64,000 nucleotides of DNA, taken from NCBI GenBank assembly GCA_050123275.1, contig JASFHK010000007.1:659-64658 (forward strand), in the 5' to 3' direction. This document shows positions 32,054-40,052 of the stretch, in pieces. This DNA is from Dehalococcoidia bacterium (GTDB taxonomy: Bacteria; Chloroflexota; Dehalococcoidia; Dehalococcoidales; BS750m-G39). Made by a program: the position numbers and the translations under genes. The notes under the pieces were generated by a model. That model ran no database searches, was not told where the DNA came from, and saw only the letters and a list, made by a program, of their open reading frames with translations. Position 1 is the stretch's first letter. Each line of letters starts with the position of its first letter.

Positions 32054-32893
32054 ATGGTCATGAAGGAAGAAGAGCTAATCGAAAAGCTGAAAAACGCCAA
32101 ACTTCCTGATATCGAGCTCGAAAGCCATAAAAGCCGGCTAAAAATGGCTTTGCTTGATGCTGGCTATCCGCAGAAGCAGCGGGGAGCTGCTTTCTGGGAA
32201 CTGGCAAAATCTAAGCTAAAAGGAGTGCAGGAAACTATGTTAAGAGGTTTGATCTCACGACAGCCAGTCTGGAAGACGGTGACTTTCGGCGCACTGGCCA
32301 TAGCGGTGGTCCTCGGGCTGAGCCTGACGATACCATCGCTTACCGCCGATTCAGCCTACGCGCAAGCCGAGGAAATCGCCCAGAACAGCCCGGAGGTACA
32401 AGCGGTGCTGGGCGAAGTGGGCGGGGAAGAGATAGTAATAGAGGTGATAGATATAGAGGACTCGGCGGGCACGGTAATTGTCCAGGGTGAAACGAGCTCC
32501 GTTTTGGCCAAGATAGACCTGGAGGCCCAAGCGGTAACCGAGGTGTTTAACCTCGTGGTCGACGAGCAGCTAGCTATCGAAATAGCCAAGGCCGACCCCA
32601 GGGTCCAGGAGCTTTTAGAGGCAGGGGCCACGATAGGTGACCTGTCGACGATGTATTCCTGCGGCATGATAGGCAACGTACAAACAGGCGAAACGGAATA
32701 CCTGACCGAAATCCTAGTTATGGTGGAAATAAAAAGCGGCGACACCGTTTATCTGGCCCACATCGACTTCGTTAAAGGCGAGCTGATCAGGTTAATCGAA
32801 ATCCCCCCCGACGCTTCGGGTGCGCCCGTCGAGCCCGACAGCTATTCCATACCCGATAAAGACCCCGAATTCGACACCGGCGAAACCAGCTAA
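32054..32893 (+). CDS. putative membrane-anchored anti-sigma factor
   Basis: directly after the ECF gene; one TM helix; repeated IA..(S/D)P.VQ..L extracytoplasmic units. Confidence 0.65.
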   Translation: MVMKEEELIEKLKNAKLPDIELESHKSRLKMALLDAGYPQKQRGAAFWELAKSKLKGVQETMLRGLISRQPVWKTVTFGALAIAVVLGLSLTIPSLTADSAYAQAEEIAQNSPEVQAVLGEVGGEEIVIEVIDIEDSAGTVIVQGETSSVLAKIDLEAQAVTEVFNLVVDEQLAIEIAKADPRVQELLEAGATIGDLSTMYSCGMIGNVQTGETEYLTEILVMVEIKSGDTVYLAHIDFVKGELIRLIEIPPDASGAPVEPDSYSIPDKDPEFDTGETS

Positions 32894-32930
32894 CCGAATC
32901 GCCCTTACCCAAAGATTCACCGCTAAAGGA

Positions 32931-32962
32931 AAAGCACCCCTTCACAGGGGTGCTTTCTTTTT
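32931..32962 (+). terminator. intrinsic terminator
   Basis: AAAGCACCCC-TTCACA-GGGGTGCTTT-CTTTTT. Confidence 0.85.
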
Positions 32963-33016
32963 CGAACAAGGTGGCGCGGTGAAGCGTACCCTTCAAGTTA
33001 AGGAGTTTACTCATTA

Positions 33017-33149
33017 GGACGGGCTGGGTTGGGATAGATAAGACGTACGCTGACAGAGCGGGGTGTGGTGACACAAATCCAAAGAGAGATATTTAAGGGA
33101 TTCCACCCTTATAGGGAGGGTTTTGGGTGGGAAATAAAGACGTTCGCTA
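33017..33149 (+). repeat. dispersed hairpin + G-quadruplex repeat, degenerate copy plus copy 2
   Basis: GGGCTGGGTTGGGA..ACGTACGCTGACAGAG, then GAGATATTTAAGGG..CCCTTATAGGGAGGGTTTTGGGTGGGAAA..ACGTTCGCTA. Confidence 0.75.
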
Positions 33150-34481
33150 CCCGAACATCTTCATCATGTTCTTCGACATCTTCAGCTTACCACCCGCGCC
33201 CATCTTCATCAGCTTCTGCATCTGGCGGAACTGGTTCAACAGCTGGTTGACGTCGTGCGGCTTACAGCCGCTGCCCCTGGCGATGCGCCGGCGGCGGCTG
33301 CCGCCGATGATACCCGGGTTCTGTCTCTCCTCGGGAGTCATCGAGAATATCATCGCCTCGATTTTCTTGAGCTGCTGCTCCTCCATACCCGCCGGCAACT
33401 GCCGCGCCATCTTCGACGCCCCGGGCAGCATCTCCAGCAGGTTGGAAACGGGCCCCATCTTACGCACCTCTTCGAGCTGGGTGAGAAAGTCCTCCAGGTT
33501 GAGGCTGGCGGACTTTACCTTCTTCTCCAGCTCCTTGGCCTTCTTCTGGTCGAAGCTCTTCTCCGCCTTCTCGATGAAGGTGAGCATGTCGCCCATGCCC
33601 AGTATGCGCGAGGCCAGCCGGTCGGGGTAAAAAGCCTCGAAGGCGTCGGGCTTCTCGCCCACCCCCATGAACTTGATGGGCACGCCGCTCACCCAGCGTA
33701 TGGAAAGCGCCGCCCCGCCCCGCGCGTCCCCGTCCATCTTGGTAAGGATGAGGCCGGTCAGACCTAACCGGGAGTTGAACTGCTCGGCGATTTGCACCGC
33801 GTCCTGGCCGGTCATGGCGTCCACCACCAGCAATGCCTCGTCGGGCTTTAGCTCTTTCTTGACCTGGACCAGCTCTTCCATCAACGGCTCGTCGATGTGC
33901 ATCCGCCCGGCGGTATCGACGATGACCCAGCTCACGCCCAGTTCTTTGGCTTTCTTCAGCCCGTGCTTGCAGATGTCCTGGCTCTTAGCGCTGGGCTTCT
34001 CCCGGTAGACGGGTATCTCGAACTGCTCGCCCAGCGTGGCCAACTGCTCGATGCCCGCCGGCCTGCGTGTGTCGGCGGCGACCAGTAAAGGTTTCTGTCC
34101 GGCGTGCTTTAAGTGAAGTGCCAGCTTGGCGGCGGTGGTCGTCTTACCCGAGCCCTGCAGGCCCGCCAGCATGATTACCGAAGGCGGCTTTGAGCCCGGC
34201 TCCAGCTTGCTCTCCCCCTCCCCCAGCGTCTTGGTCAGCTCCTCGTTGACGATTTTGACCACCTGCTGGGCGGGGGTCAGGCTTTCCATCACGTCGGCGC
34301 CCAGCGAGCGCGCCCGCACCCGCTCCACGAAGTCCTTGACCACTTTAAAGTTGACGTCGGCTTCGAGCAACGCCAGGCGCACCTGGCGCAGGGCCTCGTC
34401 GATGTCCTTCTCGTTGAGCTTGCCGCGGTTGCCCAGCCGCTTGAAGACCGCCGTCAGCTTGTCGGTTAATGCCTCGAACAT
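33147..34481 (-). CDS. ffh: signal recognition particle protein
   Basis: ALLEADV, GLQGSGKTT, DTAGR, TKMDGDARGG, SRRRRIARGSG. Confidence 0.97.
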   Translation of the reverse strand: MFEALTDKLTAVFKRLGNRGKLNEKDIDEALRQVRLALLEADVNFKVVKDFVERVRARSLGADVMESLTPAQQVVKIVNEELTKTLGEGESKLEPGSKPPSVIMLAGLQGSGKTTTAAKLALHLKHAGQKPLLVAADTRRPAGIEQLATLGEQFEIPVYREKPSAKSQDICKHGLKKAKELGVSWVIVDTAGRMHIDEPLMEELVQVKKELKPDEALLVVDAMTGQDAVQIAEQFNSRLGLTGLILTKMDGDARGGAALSIRWVSGVPIKFMGVGEKPDAFEAFYPDRLASRILGMGDMLTFIEKAEKSFDQKKAKELEKKVKSASLNLEDFLTQLEEVRKMGPVSNLLEMLPGASKMARQLPAGMEEQQLKKIEAMIFSMTPEERQNPGIIGGSRRRRIARGSGCKPHDVNQLLNQFRQMQKLMKMGAGGKLKMSKNMMKMFG

Positions 34482-34487
34482 GCGTCT

Positions 34488-34517
34488 ATTCTAAGCGGAG
34501 GAGGCACCAAGCGTCAA
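34488..34517 (-). promoter_or_regulatory. sigma70 promoter of ffh (leaderless)
   Basis: TTGACG-N18-TAGAAT, 6 nt before ATG. Confidence 0.7.
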
Positions 34518-34564
34518 GGCGACGGTTACATCGTCTCCGGCTAAGGCAGAACGACAGAACGCAC

Positions 34565-35578
34565 CTACAACGCGTAAACGGCGGCCTGCCTCAGCTTATA
34601 AGCGGCGTCGCCATCGAAGCTGTTAGCCGCCTTAGCCAGCGCCTGGCTCAGCTCGAACTTGCTGGTCGGTTTATCAGCCTTGCCGGGCAAAGCCCGGAGC
34701 GTAGCCCAAACCTGCTTCCGATTCAGCCGCCGGGTTTTCGCCAACTTATTGATAAAGGCCCTCGGGTTCTTTATCACCTCTTTTTGGGCATTCCTGAGAC
34801 TGCCGATAATCTCATCGTCACCGGTTTTCGCCCGGGCGAATGCCCTCAGGATTCGGTTGCGTAAACCCCTTATGGTACCGACGTGCTTAAAGCGGAAGAC
34901 CCTAGTACCGATGAACCCGTTGTCGCTCGACTCCCGATGGACATAGCTGGTAACGGTAACGCTGCGGGCGCCGACCTCGGAGTTGCTGAGGTGCAGTCCA
35001 CGCCGAACGGGGTCGCCGGGCTTGAACAATAGCCGCCGACGGGCCAACAGGTAGGCGTGTATCATTATCTCGTCGTTGAAGTACCAGCTAACCAGAACGG
35101 TACCCAGTATCGGCACCAGCATCTTCAGCAATTCGAGATTATCGAAGGGCCGGTACTTCTCCGAAAGCACGGCGCGCACGATATTACGGTCGATAATGCG
35201 CAGCCGGTACTTTTTCCTGGCGTAATCCCGGTGCTGCAGCAGATGGTTGATATTGCGGACGTTCAGCTGGTTCGGCAGCCGTTTATACAGCCCCATCGTA
35301 TAGCCCAGAGTATTGAGCAGCTGATTCAGCGCGTGCCTGGTCAGGAATAACCTCTTGGGCATTCCCGCTATCATCTTCCGCCGTACCAGAATGCCCTGTC
35401 TATCCGCACCTATCGTGAAGCGGAACCAGGACAGTCTCGGCAGCTTATCATAGGGCTTGTGCTTTTTCTTCCAGCGTTCCAGATCCTTGATAATAGCTTG
35501 CAACGTCGGCGGTGGCGGGGTTGGCGTCTTTGGCGGCATCGGGGCTGGTAACTCGGGGGGTGCTTTAGTTCCTCTCAT
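34565..35578 (-). CDS. DUF932-like protein, strongly basic
   Basis: ALNQL, RAVLSEKYRPFDN, GLHLSNSEVG, DNG motifs of DUF932; RBS AGGAGGT. Confidence 0.65.
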   Translation of the reverse strand: MRGTKAPPELPAPMPPKTPTPPPPTLQAIIKDLERWKKKHKPYDKLPRLSWFRFTIGADRQGILVRRKMIAGMPKRLFLTRHALNQLLNTLGYTMGLYKRLPNQLNVRNINHLLQHRDYARKKYRLRIIDRNIVRAVLSEKYRPFDNLELLKMLVPILGTVLVSWYFNDEIMIHAYLLARRRLLFKPGDPVRRGLHLSNSEVGARSVTVTSYVHRESSDNGFIGTRVFRFKHVGTIRGLRNRILRAFARAKTGDDEIIGSLRNAQKEVIKNPRAFINKLAKTRRLNRKQVWATLRALPGKADKPTSKFELSQALAKAANSFDGDAAYKLRQAAVYAL

Positions 35579-35589
35579 CTTTCACCTCC

Positions 35590-35730
35590 TGTCTATATAT
35601 AAAAAGGCGCCCGTCACCGCCTGATTATTCAGCGGTTTCAGCGCCTTTGTTCCTCATCCGTCACCCCCCTCCTCCTCCCCCAAAGCTTCCACTCGGATTA
35701 TACACCTCATTTCCGATATGTCAATAGTCC
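35590..35730 (-). promoter_or_regulatory. shared promoter + terminator-like leader hairpin, copy 1
   Basis: GGACTA-TTGACA-N16-TATAAT; hairpin AAAGGCGC..GCGCCTTTTT at 35601-35648. Confidence 0.7.
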
Positions 35731-35802
35731 ATATTCAGAGCCTGCCTAACGCTATCTGGCGTAATTCCCGCGCTTGACGACAACTATGCTATACTAATAC
35801 CA

Positions 35803-36522
35803 ATGTCCGATATCGCCCATATCATTCTTTACTCGTTCGCTTCCGGCATCACCGTGCTCATCGGCGGCTTGCTGGCGCGGCTGAAACTGGTGCCCGACAG
35901 CCCCGTGGGCAGGGAAATCTCCCACGGTGTTATCGCTTTCGGCGGCGGGGTGCTGGTGGCGGCGGTGGCTTTCGTGCTGGCGCCCAAGGGCATCGAGCAC
36001 CTCTCCCTGCCCGTCCTTATCGGCGTCTTCCTGCTCGGCGTGGTCAGCTTCCTCTTTTTCGATATGTACATCGCCCGCCGCGGCGGGCGGGCCGCCCAGC
36101 TTACCGCCATGATGATGGATTTCATCCCCGAAGCCATCGCGCTGGGGGCTATCTTTTCCACCGACCGCAAGACGGGGCTGCTTTTAGCGCTCTTTATCGG
36201 GCTGCAAAACCTGCCCGAGGCCTATAATTCCTTCGGCGACCTGCGACGCAGCGGGTTTTCCCCAAACAAGGCACTGCTGGTGCTGGTGCCCTTCAGCCTG
36301 GTGGGCATTTTAGCCGCCCTGGCCGGCCACGCTTTTCTCTCCGGCCACCCGCAGCTGGTCGCCGGGCTGATGGTGTTTGCCGCCGGCGCCATCCTCTACC
36401 TGGTCTTCCAGGACATCGCCCCTATGGTCAAGATGCGCAACCACTGGACTCCGGCCACGGGCGCCGCGCTGGGCTTTCTTCTGGGCATGATTGGCGAGAA
36501 GGTATTGAGCAGCGTGGTCTAG
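35803..36522 (+). CDS. ZIP family metal transporter
   Basis: multiple TM helices, AFGGGVL, DFIPEAIALG, LQNLPEA, AAGAILY. Confidence 0.85.
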   Translation: MSDIAHIILYSFASGITVLIGGLLARLKLVPDSPVGREISHGVIAFGGGVLVAAVAFVLAPKGIEHLSLPVLIGVFLLGVVSFLFFDMYIARRGGRAAQLTAMMMDFIPEAIALGAIFSTDRKTGLLLALFIGLQNLPEAYNSFGDLRRSGFSPNKALLVLVPFSLVGILAALAGHAFLSGHPQLVAGLMVFAAGAILYLVFQDIAPMVKMRNHWTPATGAALGFLLGMIGEKVLSSVV

Positions 36523-36563
36523 GCACGGCGCAGGTCAATCGCACGGCGAAGGCTTTTTGCAGT

Positions 36564-37691
36564 TCAGAGGTATTTCTCGATTAGGACAGCGACGTATTCG
36601 GCGATGGCCGGCGCGGCGGTCAGCCCCGGCGACTCGATGCCGATGAGGTTGATTAGTGCGGGCAAGCCCCGGTCCGCTTCGTCTTCGATAACGAAGTCCC
36701 TGATTTCCCCGCCCGGCTCTTGTAGCTTGGGCCGGATGCCCGCCATCTCCGGCGCCAGGTCGTCGTATTCTATAGCGGGCAGCAGGCGTTTCACCGACTG
36801 ATAAAAGGACTCTTTTTGAACTTCGTCGACGCTGTAGTCGAGGCTATCCACGTAGCACACGTTGGGCCCCAGGCGGGTGCGCCCCTCCAGGTCGAAGGTA
36901 ACGTGGATGCCCACCCCGACGATATTGGACGGCGGCACCGGGTAGACAAGGCGCTTGAGCCGCCCACCGTAGCGATTGGAGAGGCTGAAATACTCCCCCT
37001 TACAATAATGTAGCCGATAGCCCGCCCCATCGATATCCACCCCCGCCATCCCGGCTATTTTGTCGCTGTAAAGACCGGCGGCGTTGACCAGCGTCGTGGT
37101 GATAAAAGACGATTTCCCATCACTGTCCCCGACGGTGACTTCGTAGCCATCGTTCAGTTTATTTATGTCAACTACCCGGCTCCGGTAAGCGATGTCGGCG
37201 CCCCCCTCCCCGGCCCTGGCGACGAAGTACTGCATCAGGGCGTAGGCGTCGATAATGCCGCTCGACGGCGACAGCATGGCGGCCACCCCTTCCACGTCGG
37301 GTTCCAGCGTCTTCAGCTCGCGAGACGAAAGCAGCTTCAGGTCGGCGGCATTATTGCGCTTTCCCCTCTCCAAAAGCGTCTCCAGCTCCCCGGCTTCATC
37401 ATCGTCGGCGGCCACGATGAGCTTACCCGACTTTCGGCAGCCGATGTCGTATTGCCCACAGAGGTCATAGAGCTGACGGTTGCCCTCGACGCATAGTTTC
37501 GCCTTCAGCAAGCCTTGGGGATAATAGATACCGGCGTGAATCACCCCGCTGTGGCGGCTGCTCGTCTCCAGGCCGAAGCCCTCGTTCTTCTCCAGAACGT
37601 AAACGTGGCGGCCGGCTCTGGCCAACCGGGCGGCAATCGCCAGCCCCACCACCCCCGCCCCGATTACGGTTACATCGGCTCTATCCGTCAT
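36564..37691 (-). CDS. FAD-dependent oxidoreductase (L-2-hydroxyglutarate oxidase-like)
   Basis: IGAGVVG, TSSRHSGVIHAGIYY, KGEYF, GIRPKL, GIESPGLT. Confidence 0.88.
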   Translation of the reverse strand: MTDRADVTVIGAGVVGLAIAARLARAGRHVYVLEKNEGFGLETSSRHSGVIHAGIYYPQGLLKAKLCVEGNRQLYDLCGQYDIGCRKSGKLIVAADDDEAGELETLLERGKRNNAADLKLLSSRELKTLEPDVEGVAAMLSPSSGIIDAYALMQYFVARAGEGGADIAYRSRVVDINKLNDGYEVTVGDSDGKSSFITTTLVNAAGLYSDKIAGMAGVDIDGAGYRLHYCKGEYFSLSNRYGGRLKRLVYPVPPSNIVGVGIHVTFDLEGRTRLGPNVCYVDSLDYSVDEVQKESFYQSVKRLLPAIEYDDLAPEMAGIRPKLQEPGGEIRDFVIEDEADRGLPALINLIGIESPGLTAAPAIAEYVAVLIEKYL

Positions 37692-37780
37692 GCTTTCAGT
37701 TTACCATTCCAGCCGACAGGACGTCACCTGCAAAAAGCCCCTACCCAACAAGGCGGTACGGCGGGGCCGTAACCCTAAAG

Positions 37781-37860
37781 GAGATATTTAAGGTATTCCT
37801 CCCTTATAGGGTGGGCACTGGGTGGGAAAATCTTACGTACGCCAACAGAGTGGTGCGGGG
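37781..37860 (+). repeat. dispersed hairpin + G-quadruplex repeat, copy 3
   Basis: GAGATATTTAAGG..CCCTTATAGGGTGGGCACTGGGTGGGAAAA..ACGTACGCCAACAGAGTGGTGCGGGG. Confidence 0.8.
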
Positions 37861-37883
37861 CGGCGCCCCTTGTCATTTGAACG

Positions 37884-37910
37884 GTGTATGAAAAGTATGA
37901 TATCATACAC
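37884..37910. promoter_or_regulatory. putative operator (inverted and direct GTATGA repeats)
   Basis: GTGTATGA-N11-TCATACAC containing palindrome GTATGATATCATAC. Confidence 0.6.
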
Positions 37911-37940
37911 TTATCCTATCCTTTCCAGAGGAGGCTCAAG

Positions 37941-38222
37941 ATGAAAGTCGGACATCTTAAAGGCGACCCACCCAAATTCTACGGTTCGACCACTGTCGGC
38001 GAGCGCGGCCAGGTAGTTATCCCCGCCGAGGCGCGCCGCGATTTCGACATAGCGCCCTCCGCCAAGCTGCTCGTCTTCGGCAACCAGAGCCACGGCGGGC
38101 TGCTGCTGACCAAGGCGGAAAGCGTCTCCGAACTAATCAACACCGCCACCGACATGATCGCCAAGCTGCAAACGCTAAGCAAGACACTTGAAGAAGAAGG
38201 TGCAACGCATGGAAGTGATTAA
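37941..38222 (+). CDS. AbrB/MazE/SpoVT family DNA-binding regulator
   Basis: FYGSTTVGERGQVVIPAEARR; RBS GAGGAGG. Confidence 0.85.
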   Translation: MKVGHLKGDPPKFYGSTTVGERGQVVIPAEARRDFDIAPSAKLLVFGNQSHGGLLLTKAESVSELINTATDMIAKLQTLSKTLEEEGATHGSD

Positions 38223-39183
38223 AACCAGGAACCTGGTCAAGAAATTCGGCAAGCTGGAGGCGGTCAAAGACGTCTCCTTCGAGGTACAGCCGGGCGAAAT
38301 CTTCGGCTTCCTCGGCCCCAACGGCGCCGGCAAGACGACCACCATCAACATCTTATGCACCCTGCTCGCCCCTACCTCCGGCGAGGCTATCGTCAACGGC
38401 TTCGACGTCACCAGGCAGCGCGACGAGGTACGGGCCTCCATCGGTCTGGTCTTCCAGGAGCCGACGCTGGACGATTACCTGACGGCGGAGCAGAACCTGC
38501 GCTTTCACGGCATGGCCTACCGCATTCCCAAGGCCACGATGGAGCCGAGGATGAAGGAGCTGCTCGACATGGTGGAGCTCTGGGAGCGGCGCAAGGAGAA
38601 AATAGACACCTACTCCGGGGGCATGAAACGCCGCCTGGAGATTGCCCGCGGCCTGCTGCACCACCCCAAGGTTTTATTCCTCGACGAACCCACGCTGGGT
38701 TTGGACCCCCAGACGCGCAGCCGCATCTGGACTCACATCAAGGAGCTGCGCAAAAGGGAAAACCTGGCCATCTTCATGACCACGCATTATATGGACGAGG
38801 CGGAAAACTGCGACCGCATCGCCGTTATCGACTACGGCGCCGTCGTGGCGCTGGACACCCCCGACAAGCTTAAAGACGATTTCGGCGGCGACGTGGTCAC
38901 CATCAAGACCGAGGACAATAACAAGGCGGGAAACCTGCTCAAGGAGAAATATGACCTCGAGCCGTCACAGGAAGACGGCACGATAAGGTTCACCGTGACC
39001 CGCGGCGAGGAGTTCCTGCCCGGTTTCGTGGCCGGCTTCCCCATGAAGTTACTCTCCATCGGCCTGCGCCGCCCCACGCTGGAAGACGTTTTCTTGAAGC
39101 TCACCGGCCGCGCTATCCGTGACCAGGAAGTCAACCAGATGCAAGAGATGTTCAAACGACACCGGAGAATGGGAGGTCACTAG
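38209..39183 (+). CDS. DrrA-like ABC transporter ATP-binding protein
   Basis: [27 protein letters not shown]. Confidence 0.93.
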   Translation: MEVIKTRNLVKKFGKLEAVKDVSFEVQPGEIFGFLGPNGAGKTTTINILCTLLAPTSGEAIVNGFDVTRQRDEVRASIGLVFQEPTLDDYLTAEQNLRFHGMAYRIPKATMEPRMKELLDMVELWERRKEKIDTYSGGMKRRLEIARGLLHHPKVLFLDEPTLGLDPQTRSRIWTHIKELRKRENLAIFMTTHYMDEAENCDRIAVIDYGAVVALDTPDKLKDDFGGDVVTIKTEDNNKAGNLLKEKYDLEPSQEDGTIRFTVTRGEEFLPGFVAGFPMKLLSIGLRRPTLEDVFLKLTGRAIRDQEVNQMQEMFKRHRRMGGH

Positions 39184-39188
39184 AAAAA

Positions 39189-39971
39189 ATGACGAAGTTC
39201 TTTAGCTCCATACAGGTAATTTCCTACCGCGAGTTCCTGCGCTTCATACAGGACCGGTCGCGCCTCATTTCCTCCTTCGCCATGCCCATTCTCTTCCTGA
39301 TAATCTTCGGCGCCGGTTTCGGCGAGCTCATCGGCCAGATGATGCCGGGGGTAAACTACCTCCAGTACATGTACCCCGGTATCCTCTCGATGACGGTGCT
39401 GATGGGCTCGATTATGTCCGGTGTCTCCATTGTCTGGGACCGGGAGTTCGGCTTCCTTAAAGAGGTGCTTGTCTCCCCCTTGAGCCGCAGCGGTATCCTC
39501 CTCGGCAAGGCGACGGGCGCCGCCGGCATCGCTATCATGCAAGCCGTTCTCATGCTGGTGCTGGCCCCTATCGTGGGCGTTTCCCTGAGCTGGGGCATCG
39601 TCTTGGGCCTGATTCCTCTCATCCTGATTCTCTCCTTCTCCATGTCGGGACTGGGCCTGCTCATCGGCGCCCGCATGCGCTCCCAGCAGGGCTTCCAGCT
39701 CACCATGCAGCTGGTCATCTTCCCCATGATGTTCCTCTCCGGTATCTTTTACCCGGTTACCAACGTAGCCGTCTGGCTGGAAGTGCTCTCCAAGATTAAC
39801 CCCGTCACCTACGCCATCGACGCCATCCGCCAGGTATTCTTAGGTACCCAGGTCGCCGGCGTCACTATTTTCGGCCACACCATGGCCATCTGGGAATCGG
39901 CGCTGCTGGTTGCCGCCATAGGCATAGTCATGCTCGTCGCCGCTATCTTCGCCTTCAACCGGGCGGAGTAG
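39189..39971 (+). CDS. ABC-2 type permease
   Basis: DREFGFLKEVLVSP, LSGIFYP, NPVTYAID. Confidence 0.92.
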   Translation: MTKFFSSIQVISYREFLRFIQDRSRLISSFAMPILFLIIFGAGFGELIGQMMPGVNYLQYMYPGILSMTVLMGSIMSGVSIVWDREFGFLKEVLVSPLSRSGILLGKATGAAGIAIMQAVLMLVLAPIVGVSLSWGIVLGLIPLILILSFSMSGLGLLIGARMRSQQGFQLTMQLVIFPMMFLSGIFYPVTNVAVWLEVLSKINPVTYAIDAIRQVFLGTQVAGVTIFGHTMAIWESALLVAAIGIVMLVAAIFAFNRAE

Positions 39972-39994
39972 CGGAAAGCCATCGACAAAAGCAT

Positions 39995-40032
39995 AAAAAG
40001 GCACCCGGGGAGGAGAGCTCTCCGGGTGCCTT
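39995..40032 (-). terminator. terminator between convergent genes
   Basis: AAAAAGGCACCCGG..CCGGGTGCCTT. Confidence 0.75.
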
Positions 40033-40052
40033 CATAAAAAGTCCCCGAAAGG

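Noticed and set aside
35601-35660. Known riboswitch (fluoride, c-di-GMP I/II, ZTP, T-box) in the shared leaders
   Set aside because: Only short chance matches; the core consensus elements were not found by eye. An Rfam search is still needed.
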